The notes under the pieces: model-generated | The model's database searches: none | The model's input: the letters and a program-made list of their open reading frames with translations, nothing else | Told to the model about the DNA's origin: nothing | In this document: positions 18,439 to 27,123 of the stretch, in pieces | How positions within the stretch are numbered: position 1 is the stretch's first letter | Layout: each line of letters opens with the position of its first letter | NCBI GenBank assembly: GCA_965277285.1 | Contig: OZ255721.1 | Coordinates: 2,176,001-2,240,000, forward strand | DNA from: Abditibacteriaceae bacterium | GTDB lineage: Bacteria > Armatimonadota > Abditibacteriia > Abditibacteriales > Abditibacteriaceae | DNA: 64,000 bases | Reading direction: 5' to 3' | Program-made: the position numbers and the translations under genes

Positions 18439-20928
18439 ATGAAAGTTTCGTTCTGGCCGTCCATTTGGTTCGCTGCACCTTGCTTATTCGCTTCGTCTGT
18501 TGGAGCGCAAGCACAAGGCACGCAAGCGCAGACTTCACATGACGTTGTGCGTGTTGTCAAAGCGCCGCCCGCGCTGACAGGAAGCGGCTTTTACACCGCG
18601 AATCGCGCGCCTTTGCAGGGATTGCCCTTTCAAAAACTGCCGCCGGGCGCCGTAACACCGCGCGGTTGGCTGCGCGGCCAACTCGAACTGGACGCGCAGG
18701 GCTTGTGCGGTCGCATGGCCGAAGTCTCGAAATATCTCAAATATGAGGACAACGGTTGGGTTGACCCCAAGTCGAACAACGGTTGGGAAGAAATGCCCTA
18801 CTGGCTGCGCGGCTACGGCGATTTGAGCTATGTCCTCAAAGACCCGAAAATGCTGGCCACGACGCAAAAATGGGTGAACGGCATTTTGTCGGCTCAAAAA
18901 CCCAACGGATACTTCGGCCCGGACAGGCTGCTCACGTCCGAAAACAATATGCCGGATTTGTGGCCGCATATGCTGGTGCTGGATGTCTTGCACTCGTACT
19001 ACGATTATTCGGGCGATCCGCGCGTCATTCCCTTTATGACGCGCTACTTCAAATGGCAAAGCACGCTGCCCGACAACGCTTACAAAAACGGTTGGGGAGC
19101 AGTGCGATGGGCCGATAACATGGCCGTTTTGTACTGGCTTTACAACAAAACTGGCGATCCTTCGCTGCTCGCGTTGTCCACGCGCATTCACCAGAACTCG
19201 GTCAATTACGTCGATAATTTGCCGACTGGCCACAACGTCAATCTGGCGCAGGGCATCCGCGAGCCAGGCGAGTACTGGATGCAGTCGGGCGATCCCACTC
19301 ATTTGAACGCCGTTGAGGACGATTATCAGACCATTATGAGCAAGTTCGGGCAAGTTCCGGGCGGCGGCTTTGGCGGCGACGAAAACACGCGCGACGGCTT
19401 CGGCGATCCGCGCCAGGGCTTTGAAACCTGCGGCATCGTCGAATATATGCACACTGACGAAATGATGACGCGCATTTCGGGCGATCCCGTCTGGGCTGAC
19501 CGCGCCGAAGAACTCGCTTTCAATTCGCTGCCGGCTGCGCTCACCGCCGACCACAAAGGCATTCATTACATCACAAGCCCTAATCTCGTCGAGATCAACA
19601 AAGGCGGCACCAAAGGCCAGTTTTCCAACCGTTTCGATATGTTGACCTTCCGCGACGGCACCAACGACTACCGCTGCTGCCCGCACAATTACGGCATGGG
19701 CTGGCCCTATTATGCCGAAGAATCGTGGCTTGCGACATCGGATAAAGGCGTGGCGGCTTCGCTTTATGCGGCCTCGGAAGTCAACGTCAAAGTCGGCGAT
19801 GGAACGCTCGTCAAGTGGAGCGAAACCACAGATTATCCCTTCGCCGATACCATTCAATTCAAACTTTCCACGCCGAAAACGCTCCGTTTTCAGCTTTATT
19901 TGCGAATTCCGCGCTGGACTCAGGGCGCGCAACTCAAAGTGAACGGCGCGAGCGTCAAAGTGAATGCAACACCGCTTTCCTATGTCGCTTTGGAGCGTAA
20001 TTGGAAAAACGGCGACACGGTTTCGCTGCGCTTGCCGATGAATGTTTCCGTGCGAAAATGGGCGAAGAACAAGAACGCCGTTTCGGTCAATTATGGGCCG
20101 CTCACCTTCGCTTATAACAGCGGCGAAGAATGGTATCGCACCGGCGGCAGCGACGCCTGGCCAGAGTGGAGCGTCAAGCCCAAAAGCGCGTGGAATTACG
20201 GCCTGCCAGTTGACGTGAAGGCGTCCGACTTCAAGGTCGTGCGCAAAGCGGGTGCGCTTTCCGACCAGCCTTTCACCGTTGAAACGGCGCCGATTTCGCT
20301 GCAAACGCGGGTGCGCCGCGTTCCTGGCTGGACCGCCGATTCGCAGGGCATCGTCAATACGCTGCAAAGTTCGCCCGCTTTATCCACGCAACCGTTGCAA
20401 AACGTTTCTCTGGTTCCGATGGGCGCGGCGCGTCTGCGAATCTCCGAGTTTCCCACGGTTTCAACTCAAAAAACCGCGCTCGATTGGAGAATCAACGCGC
20501 CCAAAGCGCCGCTTTTCGAGGCCAGTGCATCTCATGTAAACGACGATCTCGACGCGCTCACCGACGGCATCGAACCGAAAAGTTCGGGCGACCAGAGCGT
20601 TCCGCGCTTCACCTGGTGGGATCATCGCGGCACGAATGAATGGGTCAGCCTCGATATGAAAACGCCGCGTCGTGTTTCAGGCGTTTCGCTTTACTGGTTC
20701 GATGACACCGGCTCAGGTCAATGCCGCGTTCCCCTTTCCTGGAAGTTGCTATATCAAGATGGCATGACGTGGAAACCTGTCCAGAATGCGACGACTTTTG
20801 GCATCGCGCGCGACCAACCTAACACCGTCACTTTCACGCCGATTACCACTTCGGGAATGCGCGTTGAAGTTCAATTGCAGCCGCAAATGTCTGGCGGCAT
20901 TTTAGAATGGAAAACCGATTTCAGGTAA
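18439..20928 (+). CDS. Secreted GH127/GH146 beta-L-arabinofuranosidase-like protein with C-terminal discoidin (F5/8)-like domain
   Basis: Signal peptide, P.GWL..QL, GWEE.PYW, ETC, CCPHN, TDYPF, LRIP.W, LVPMGAARLRISEFP. Confidence 0.88.
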   Translation: MKVSFWPSIWFAAPCLFASSVGAQAQGTQAQTSHDVVRVVKAPPALTGSGFYTANRAPLQGLPFQKLPPGAVTPRGWLRGQLELDAQGLCGRMAEVSKYLKYEDNGWVDPKSNNGWEEMPYWLRGYGDLSYVLKDPKMLATTQKWVNGILSAQKPNGYFGPDRLLTSENNMPDLWPHMLVLDVLHSYYDYSGDPRVIPFMTRYFKWQSTLPDNAYKNGWGAVRWADNMAVLYWLYNKTGDPSLLALSTRIHQNSVNYVDNLPTGHNVNLAQGIREPGEYWMQSGDPTHLNAVEDDYQTIMSKFGQVPGGGFGGDENTRDGFGDPRQGFETCGIVEYMHTDEMMTRISGDPVWADRAEELAFNSLPAALTADHKGIHYITSPNLVEINKGGTKGQFSNRFDMLTFRDGTNDYRCCPHNYGMGWPYYAEESWLATSDKGVAASLYAASEVNVKVGDGTLVKWSETTDYPFADTIQFKLSTPKTLRFQLYLRIPRWTQGAQLKVNGASVKVNATPLSYVALERNWKNGDTVSLRLPMNVSVRKWAKNKNAVSVNYGPLTFAYNSGEEWYRTGGSDAWPEWSVKPKSAWNYGLPVDVKASDFKVVRKAGALSDQPFTVETAPISLQTRVRRVPGWTADSQGIVNTLQSSPALSTQPLQNVSLVPMGAARLRISEFPTVSTQKTALDWRINAPKAPLFEASASHVNDDLDALTDGIEPKSSGDQSVPRFTWWDHRGTNEWVSLDMKTPRRVSGVSLYWFDDTGSGQCRVPLSWKLLYQDGMTWKPVQNATTFGIARDQPNTVTFTPITTSGMRVEVQLQPQMSGGILEWKTDFR

Positions 20929-21124
20929 TATCGGCGCAACGCTGAATTAACCAGGCGGACTCAGCGGACATCTCCCAAGATGAATATGGCGGCAGCGGAA
21001 TCGGTTCCGCTGCCGCTTGCCAATTTGCAGGAAAGGCACAAAATTGTTTGTGCTTCTCACAATTTTTGCTCTGACGAGGATAACGCCCGCAAGCATCGTG
21101 GAGCGCACAAGTTAGGGATAAGGT

Positions 21125-21133
21125 TGTGGATAA
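21125..21133 (-). promoter_or_regulatory. Perfect DnaA box (TTATCCACA) upstream of dnaE
   Basis: TGTGGATAA on the + strand; a degenerate TAGGGATAA at 21113-21121. Confidence 0.55.
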
Positions 21134-21325
21134 GTCGTTATCGAGTACTCGATTGGCGAAACAATTTTTCGGGCGCCTTATGGCTGCGCGTCCGAACTTC
21201 GGAAGCATCTCGCGCGTTGTGCTATACCAAAATGCCGCGATGCTTTTTCTTCGCGCCTTCTGCCAAAAAGCTGTCAACGTCGCCGCTTTCAATTCGTCAA
21301 ACGTTCATCTAAAATCGTCAATTCC

Positions 21326-24300
21326 ATGAGTAAATGTCCCTGCGGTTTCTGCCACCTTCACGTTCATTCCGAGTATTCGTTGCTCGACGGCGCCAATCGC
21401 GTCAAAGACTTGGCGAAGCGCGCTGCGGAAATGGATATGCCCGCACTTGCCTTGACAGATCATGGCGTGATGTATGGCGCGATTGACTTTTATACGGCGT
21501 GCAAAGATCAGGGCATCAAGCCGATAATCGGCGTCGAGGCTTACGTCGCTCCACGCAAGCACACCGACAAAGACCCGCAACTGGACAAGCAAAAAAACAC
21601 GCATCACCTGACGCTGTGGGCGAAGAATCTTCAGGGCTACAAAAACCTGGTCAAATTGACGACACGCGCCAACTTAGACGGCTTTTATTACAAGCCGCGC
21701 GTCGATCACGAACTGATCGCCAGGCATTCCGAAGGCATCATTTGCGGCAGTGCGTGTCTGGGCGGCGAGATTCCGCAGCTGATTGCGAACCAGAAGTTCG
21801 ATGAAGCAGTCGCGCGCGCCGAGAAATATCGGGATATTTTCGGGAAGGAAAACTTCTTCCTGGAAATGATGGATCACGACCTGATCGGTCAAGGCGAAGT
21901 CAACGAAAAGCTGGTCTCGATTCATCACAAAACCGGCATTCCGCTGATCGTCTCCAACGATGCGCATTATCTCAAAGCCGAACACGAGCAGATGCACAAA
22001 ATTCTGGTCGCTATCGGCACCAACTCGACGGTGCAAAGCGCCAGTTTGCATTACGGCCCAAACTTTTATCTCAAAAGCCAACAGGAAATGTGGGAGCGTT
22101 TCAAGCACGTTCCCGAAGCATTGGAAAACACCTTGCGCATCGCCGATATGGTCGACCTTGAACTCGACCTCAAGACGACGCACTTTCCGGTTTTCGATGT
22201 TCCGCTTGGTCACGACTTGACCTCTTTCTTTCGGTTGTTGTGCGAGCAGCGTTTCGATGCGCGCTATCCGGTCGGTCATCCGCGCCGCGACGAAGCGAGT
22301 ACTCGAATGAAGTACGAGCAGCAAATTATCATCGACAAAGGTTATCCGGGCTATTTTCTGGTGGTGCAGGATCTCATCAACTGGAGCAAAGACCGAGGAA
22401 TTTTAGTTGGTTGTCGCGGCTCGGCGGCGGGTTGTCTGGTTTCGTATGTGCTGGGAATTACGAACCTGGATCCGTTGCCGTATGGACTTTTGTTCGAGCG
22501 TTTTCTCAATCCAGATCGCGTTTCCACGCCCGACATCGACATCGACTTTCCCGACAAGCGCCGCGATGAAGTGATGCAATACGTCACCAACAAATACGGC
22601 AAAGACAAAGTCGCGCAGATCATCACGTTTGGAACGCTCGCGGCGCGCGCTGCCATCCGCGACACAGCGCGCGCAACCGGACTCGATCTTAAAATCGCTG
22701 ACAACGTGGCGAAATTGATTCCCGCCATTCCTGGTCATCCGATCACGATTATGCAGGCGGTCGATCAAGTACAGGATTTGAAGAACCTGTACAATTCCGA
22801 TTCGACGGTGCGCAACCTGTGCGATCAGGCAACGGAGATCGAGGGCATGACGCGTCACGCTTCTCGTCACGCCTGTGGTGTCGTCATCGGCAAAGAAGCG
22901 CTGGATGAATTGGTGCCGCTGGAAGAAAAAGACGGCGATATTATCACGCAATATCACGCCAAAGCGGTCGAAAAGATCGGTTTGGTGAAGATGGACTTTT
23001 TGGGTCTGCAGAACAACACCGTCATCAACGACACGCTGGAACTGATCGAAGCGCGCACCGGCACCAAGATCGACCTGGAAACCATCGACATGAACGACCG
23101 CAAGGTCTTCGATATGCTGGGCCGAGGCGACGGCATCGCGGTGTTTCAGATGGAAGGAACGGGAATGCGCGGCCTGCTGCGCGAACTGCGTCCCGACACA
23201 TTGGAACACATCATCGCGCAGATTTCCTTGTATCGTCCCGGCCCGATGGAAGAAATTCCCAAATACATTTCGGGACGTTTCGGCGGCGCCGTGACTTATC
23301 CGCATCCGCTGCTGGAACCCGTGCTCAAAGACACCTACGGAATGCTCTTGTATCAGGAACAAGTGATGCAAGCGGCGCAGGTTCTGGCGGGTTTCACTGG
23401 TGGTCAGGCCGAAACTTTGATGAAGGCGATGTCGAAGAAAAAAGCCGACGACATGGCCAAGATGAAGCCGCTTTTTCAGGAAGGCTGCGCCAAAAACCAG
23501 ATTTCCCGCAACGACGCCGACGACATTTTCGGGCGCATGGAAGCGTTTGCAAAATACGCTTTTAACAAGTCGCACGCGGCGTATTACGCGGTTGTGTCGT
23601 ATTGGACGGCGTGGCTCAAAGTCAATTATCCCTCAGAGTTTATGTCGTGCAAGATGACTTCTTTGTTGGAAAAGAAGGACAAATTGCTCGTCGTGATTGA
23701 CGATTGCCGCAAGCACGGAATCGAAGTTTTGCCGCCCGATGTGAACGAATCGAACCACGAATTTACAGTTGTCGAAGGCGGCATTCGCTTCGGTTTGCAA
23801 GCGATCAAAGGCATCGGCGAAGCACCGGTTAACGCGATTTGCGAAGCGCGCAAAGAAGGCGGTAAGTTTTCCAGTTTGTTCGACTTTTGCGCGCGCGTTT
23901 CGAGTCGCGCCTGCGGTAAAAGCGCGATGGAAACGCTGGTCAAATGCGGCGCTTTCGATGGTTTGCACGCCAATCGTCAGGCGATGATCGAAGCGCTGGA
24001 TGGCGCAATCGCCGCCGGTTTGCAGGCGCAGCAAGATGCCGCTTCGGGTCAGTTCAATATGTTCGGCGATGCGCAGGAAACCGGACGCCAGAAAGCGACA
24101 GGCCAATTGCCAAACGTTCCCGATGCTGACCGCGAGGTGCGTTTGGCGTGGGAAAAAGAGTTTCTGGGATTGTATATTTCCGATCATCCGCTCTTGCCGT
24201 ACCGCGAATACCTGGAAAGTAAAGCGATGACGCAAATCGAGCGCATCGGCGAAGACCCGAACTTGCGCGATGGCAGCCGCGTTACAGTCGCAGGTCTGGT

Positions 24301-25297
24301 CACGACGATGAAGAAGATGACCGACAAAAACGGGCGAACCTGGTCGGCTTTCACGCTGGAAGATTTGACGGGTTCGCTGGAAGTGCTGGCATTCGCCAAG
24401 ACGTTTGAAAGCTGCGGTGAATGCGTCGCGGAAGACGCGAAACTTGTCGTGAAAGGTCGTCTGGCGGCGGACAATCGGCGCGGCGGTCGCAACAACAGCG
24501 ACGATGACGAAAACGCCGACAACGAAAACACGGTTTTCAAAATCATGGCGGACAGCATCGAAGTGATTTCGCAGGACGAAGCCGACCGCGACGCGCCAAA
24601 AACCGCCGTTCAAAAGAACGCGCCGACCGACAATTCGAGTACTCGAAACGGAACAAATGGCGCGGCGAACAATCGTTCAGCGAACGGCGTTTCACATCAT
24701 AATGGAACAAACGGCGCGAGTTCTAACGGTCAAAGTCCCAACGGGCACGCCAACAATGGTCATGCTATTGGCAACGGCGCTAATGGCAACGGAACGAACG
24801 GCAACGGTGCCAATGGAAACGGTGCATCAAAAATGAGTGGTATTACCTTAAATCGCGCAACGAACGGCACGCCTTCCAACGGCTCGAATGGCAATGCGTC
24901 GAATGGCAATGGATCAAGAGGTCACGCTGCCAACGGTCAAAATGGACAGAACGGCAATGGCGGCAATGCCGGTGCCGCTGAATACTCGAGTCTGGCCGAG
25001 TATGCGAATCAGATGGCGCCGCGCGCGATCGGGCGCACTTTTGCGCCGCCGGATTCGGCGTCAAGTTGCGTGCATTTGCACATCGCCGAAGACAAAGCGA
25101 CAGCGGACATTCTGGGCAAAGTGTGGAACATTTGTCGCACGCACAAAGGCGGCACTGAAGTGTGGTTGCACTTGGACAACGGACAGGAGATGTTGCAATT
25201 GCGCGTCTCGCACGCCTTCTGGGTCGAGCCGACGCCCGCCTTTTGTCAGGAAGTCTTGCAGGTCTTGGGCGAAGGTTGTGTACTCGCACCGTGCTGA
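21326..25297 (+). CDS. dnaE: DNA polymerase III alpha subunit
   Basis: HLHVHSEYSLLDG, RGSAAG, PDIDIDF, KMDFLGL, YAFNKSH, EKEFLGLYISDHPL, OB fold. Confidence 0.98.
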   Translation: MSKCPCGFCHLHVHSEYSLLDGANRVKDLAKRAAEMDMPALALTDHGVMYGAIDFYTACKDQGIKPIIGVEAYVAPRKHTDKDPQLDKQKNTHHLTLWAKNLQGYKNLVKLTTRANLDGFYYKPRVDHELIARHSEGIICGSACLGGEIPQLIANQKFDEAVARAEKYRDIFGKENFFLEMMDHDLIGQGEVNEKLVSIHHKTGIPLIVSNDAHYLKAEHEQMHKILVAIGTNSTVQSASLHYGPNFYLKSQQEMWERFKHVPEALENTLRIADMVDLELDLKTTHFPVFDVPLGHDLTSFFRLLCEQRFDARYPVGHPRRDEASTRMKYEQQIIIDKGYPGYFLVVQDLINWSKDRGILVGCRGSAAGCLVSYVLGITNLDPLPYGLLFERFLNPDRVSTPDIDIDFPDKRRDEVMQYVTNKYGKDKVAQIITFGTLAARAAIRDTARATGLDLKIADNVAKLIPAIPGHPITIMQAVDQVQDLKNLYNSDSTVRNLCDQATEIEGMTRHASRHACGVVIGKEALDELVPLEEKDGDIITQYHAKAVEKIGLVKMDFLGLQNNTVINDTLELIEARTGTKIDLETIDMNDRKVFDMLGRGDGIAVFQMEGTGMRGLLRELRPDTLEHIIAQISLYRPGPMEEIPKYISGRFGGAVTYPHPLLEPVLKDTYGMLLYQEQVMQAAQVLAGFTGGQAETLMKAMSKKKADDMAKMKPLFQEGCAKNQISRNDADDIFGRMEAFAKYAFNKSHAAYYAVVSYWTAWLKVNYPSEFMSCKMTSLLEKKDKLLVVIDDCRKHGIEVLPPDVNESNHEFTVVEGGIRFGLQAIKGIGEAPVNAICEARKEGGKFSSLFDFCARVSSRACGKSAMETLVKCGAFDGLHANRQAMIEALDGAIAAGLQAQQDAASGQFNMFGDAQETGRQKATGQLPNVPDADREVRLAWEKEFLGLYISDHPLLPYREYLESKAMTQIERIGEDPNLRDGSRVTVAGLVTTMKKMTDKNGRTWSAFTLEDLTGSLEVLAFAKTFESCGECVAEDAKLVVKGRLAADNRRGGRNNSDDDENADNENTVFKIMADSIEVISQDEADRDAPKTAVQKNAPTDNSSTRNGTNGAANNRSANGVSHHNGTNGASSNGQSPNGHANNGHAIGNGANGNGTNGNGANGNGASKMSGITLNRATNGTPSNGSNGNASNGNGSRGHAANGQNGQNGNGGNAGAAEYSSLAEYANQMAPRAIGRTFAPPDSASSCVHLHIAEDKATADILGKVWNICRTHKGGTEVWLHLDNGQEMLQLRVSHAFWVEPTPAFCQEVLQVLGEGCVLAPC

Positions 25298-25407
25298 AAA
25301 CAAATGATGAATATCGAGTACTCGATGGGCGTAACGGAGAGGCGCATTGCGATGCGCCTCTACAATTTCATCATTTTGTATTCATCATTTCCTTGTGAGG
25401 AGATTTT

Positions 25408-26418
25408 ATGTCGAAAGTTAGAATGGCGATTTTGGGTTGCGGCGGCATGGCATCGGAACACGTTCGGCGTTTTCGCAGGCGCGATGATGTCGAAATTATC
25501 GCGTTGTGCGATGTCGATGCGGATCGCATCGCCGAATGGCGCGAAAAGCATTTGAAAGATGTCGAACCTGTCGCGCAGATTTTCACCGATGCCGCAGAAA
25601 TGTACGCGCAAGCCAAGCCGGATGCTGTGACGATTGTGACGCCGCACACCATGCACTTTGAGCATGGCAAGCAGGCTTTGGACGCGGGACTTCACGTCCT
25701 GATGGAAAAGCCGATGGTAACCAATTCAGAGGACGCGCACAAATTGGCTGAAATTGCGGCCAGCAGCGGCAAGATTTTCGCGGTCGGCTTCAACACCAGT
25801 TGCATGCCCGAATTCGAGTGGCTACGTCAAACCATTCAGGCGGGCGAAGAAGGCACCGGAGAACTGGGAAAACTGCAACTTGTGACGGGCTGGCTTTCGC
25901 AAAATTGGAAAAAGGGCACAACCGGAAGCTGGCGCCAGAATCCCAGTCTTTCGGGCGGCGGCGAAATGTATGACAGCGGCGCTCATTTGTTCAATTCGCT
26001 GGTGTTTTCAGTCAACCAACCCGTCGCGGAAGTTCATGCTTTTGTCGATAACTGCGGCACACCGGTTGACATCAATGGCACGGTCAATATCCGTTTCAAA
26101 AACGGCGTTTTCGCTTCTGTCACCGTCGCAGGCAATTGCACCGATGGCGGCACCGACATGGTTTTGTTTTTCGAGCGCGGTCGCGTGCAACTCGATCCGT
26201 GCGGCTGGAGCAACAATCCCATCAAAATTTGGAAGGACGGAAAAGCGGTTCGCTATCCGCACATCGACGGCGATCCGATCACGCCGACCGAGAACTTCCT
26301 GGATTCCATCGAAGGCAAAGACCATGTGCGCGCGACGACCAAAAACGGCATTCTGCACAGCCAATTGATGGACGCCATTTACGAATCGGCGCGCCTGGGA
26401 CAAGCTGTCAAATTGTAA
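25408..26418 (+). CDS. Gfo/Idh/MocA family oxidoreductase
   Basis: GCGGMA, HVLMEKP, WR......GGG..YD.G.H. Confidence 0.93.
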   Translation: MSKVRMAILGCGGMASEHVRRFRRRDDVEIIALCDVDADRIAEWREKHLKDVEPVAQIFTDAAEMYAQAKPDAVTIVTPHTMHFEHGKQALDAGLHVLMEKPMVTNSEDAHKLAEIAASSGKIFAVGFNTSCMPEFEWLRQTIQAGEEGTGELGKLQLVTGWLSQNWKKGTTGSWRQNPSLSGGGEMYDSGAHLFNSLVFSVNQPVAEVHAFVDNCGTPVDINGTVNIRFKNGVFASVTVAGNCTDGGTDMVLFFERGRVQLDPCGWSNNPIKIWKDGKAVRYPHIDGDPITPTENFLDSIEGKDHVRATTKNGILHSQLMDAIYESARLGQAVKL

Positions 26419-26444
26419 ATCTGCTGGTTTGAACACAACAAAAG

Positions 26445-26488
26445 ACAACAAAGCCGCGTATCGAGTACTCGATGCGCGGCTTTGTTGT
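26445..26488. terminator. Bidirectional terminator-like hairpin centred on the palindrome
   Basis: ACAACAAAGCCGCGTA-TCGAGTACTCGA-TGCGCGGCTTTGTTGT between convergent genes. Confidence 0.7.
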
Positions 26489-26499
26489 TCTCAACATCT

Positions 26500-26858
26500 T
26501 TATTTGTCTTCAGGATTTGATTTTGTCGCCGCAACCAGCGGAAAAACGCACAAACTTTCTTGAGAAAACCGCTTTCGCTCGTCCGGTTTTTCCAGCCATT
26601 GGGCGATCATTGTCGCGCGGAATTGCTCCTCAATGAGCACCTTCGCGTCGTCCAAACGCTTGTGCAACGGACGAAGACCGCCGCCCAAGCCGCGAGTTCA
26701 CTCGCAGGCATCCATAAACCCGCACCAATGGATAAATAACCCGCTGGCACGCGCGTTTCCACCGCGATTTGTCCCACCATGTGCGATGTATTATCGCCCT
26801 CATCCACCGCCAGAGATACCATCGCGCGCAATGCATACTCCGCAGTCCGCGAGAACAT
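26500..26858 (-). pseudogene. Rrf2-family transcriptional regulator, internally deleted and frameshifted
   Basis: MFSRTAEYALRAM...VPAGYLS in one frame and PLHKRLDDA...EQFR in another; the recognition helix and RG..GG wing are missing. Confidence 0.8.
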
Positions 26859-26902
26859 TGCCATTGATCTTCGCCTCGAAACTTTCTGGTTCAAATTTCA
26901 CC

Positions 26903-26932
26903 TTGACATCCATTTTAGCACGGCCTTATAAT
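26903..26932 (+). promoter_or_regulatory. Consensus sigma70 promoter
   Basis: TTGACA-N18-TATAAT, facing the acyl-CoA ligase/GNAT gene. Confidence 0.7.
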
Positions 26933-27123
26933 GCTGCTTAACCAGACACCTTTGTCCGATTATAGCCGCAAGAGATCACGCCGATTTTCAAATCCGCCGT
27001 TTGGCGTGTCCGTTTTCATTTTCTGAGCGGACTTTTCAAGCGGACTTTCTTAATCGAGTACTCGAACGTCGGTTAATTCTCAATTTTAATTTCTCGACAT
27101 CAACCTTTCCTGGACACCTTGAA

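Noticed and set aside
18535..20367. Long antisense ORFs (610 aa here; also 8406-9575 and 22403-23575)
   Set aside because: Shadows of well-supported genes on the opposite strand, common in GC-rich DNA
21113..21133. Replication origin
   Set aside because: Only one perfect DnaA box, no AT-rich unwinding element and no dnaA/dnaN nearby
24580..25060. Intein in DnaE
   Set aside because: Low-complexity N/G sequence with no splicing or homing-endonuclease motifs
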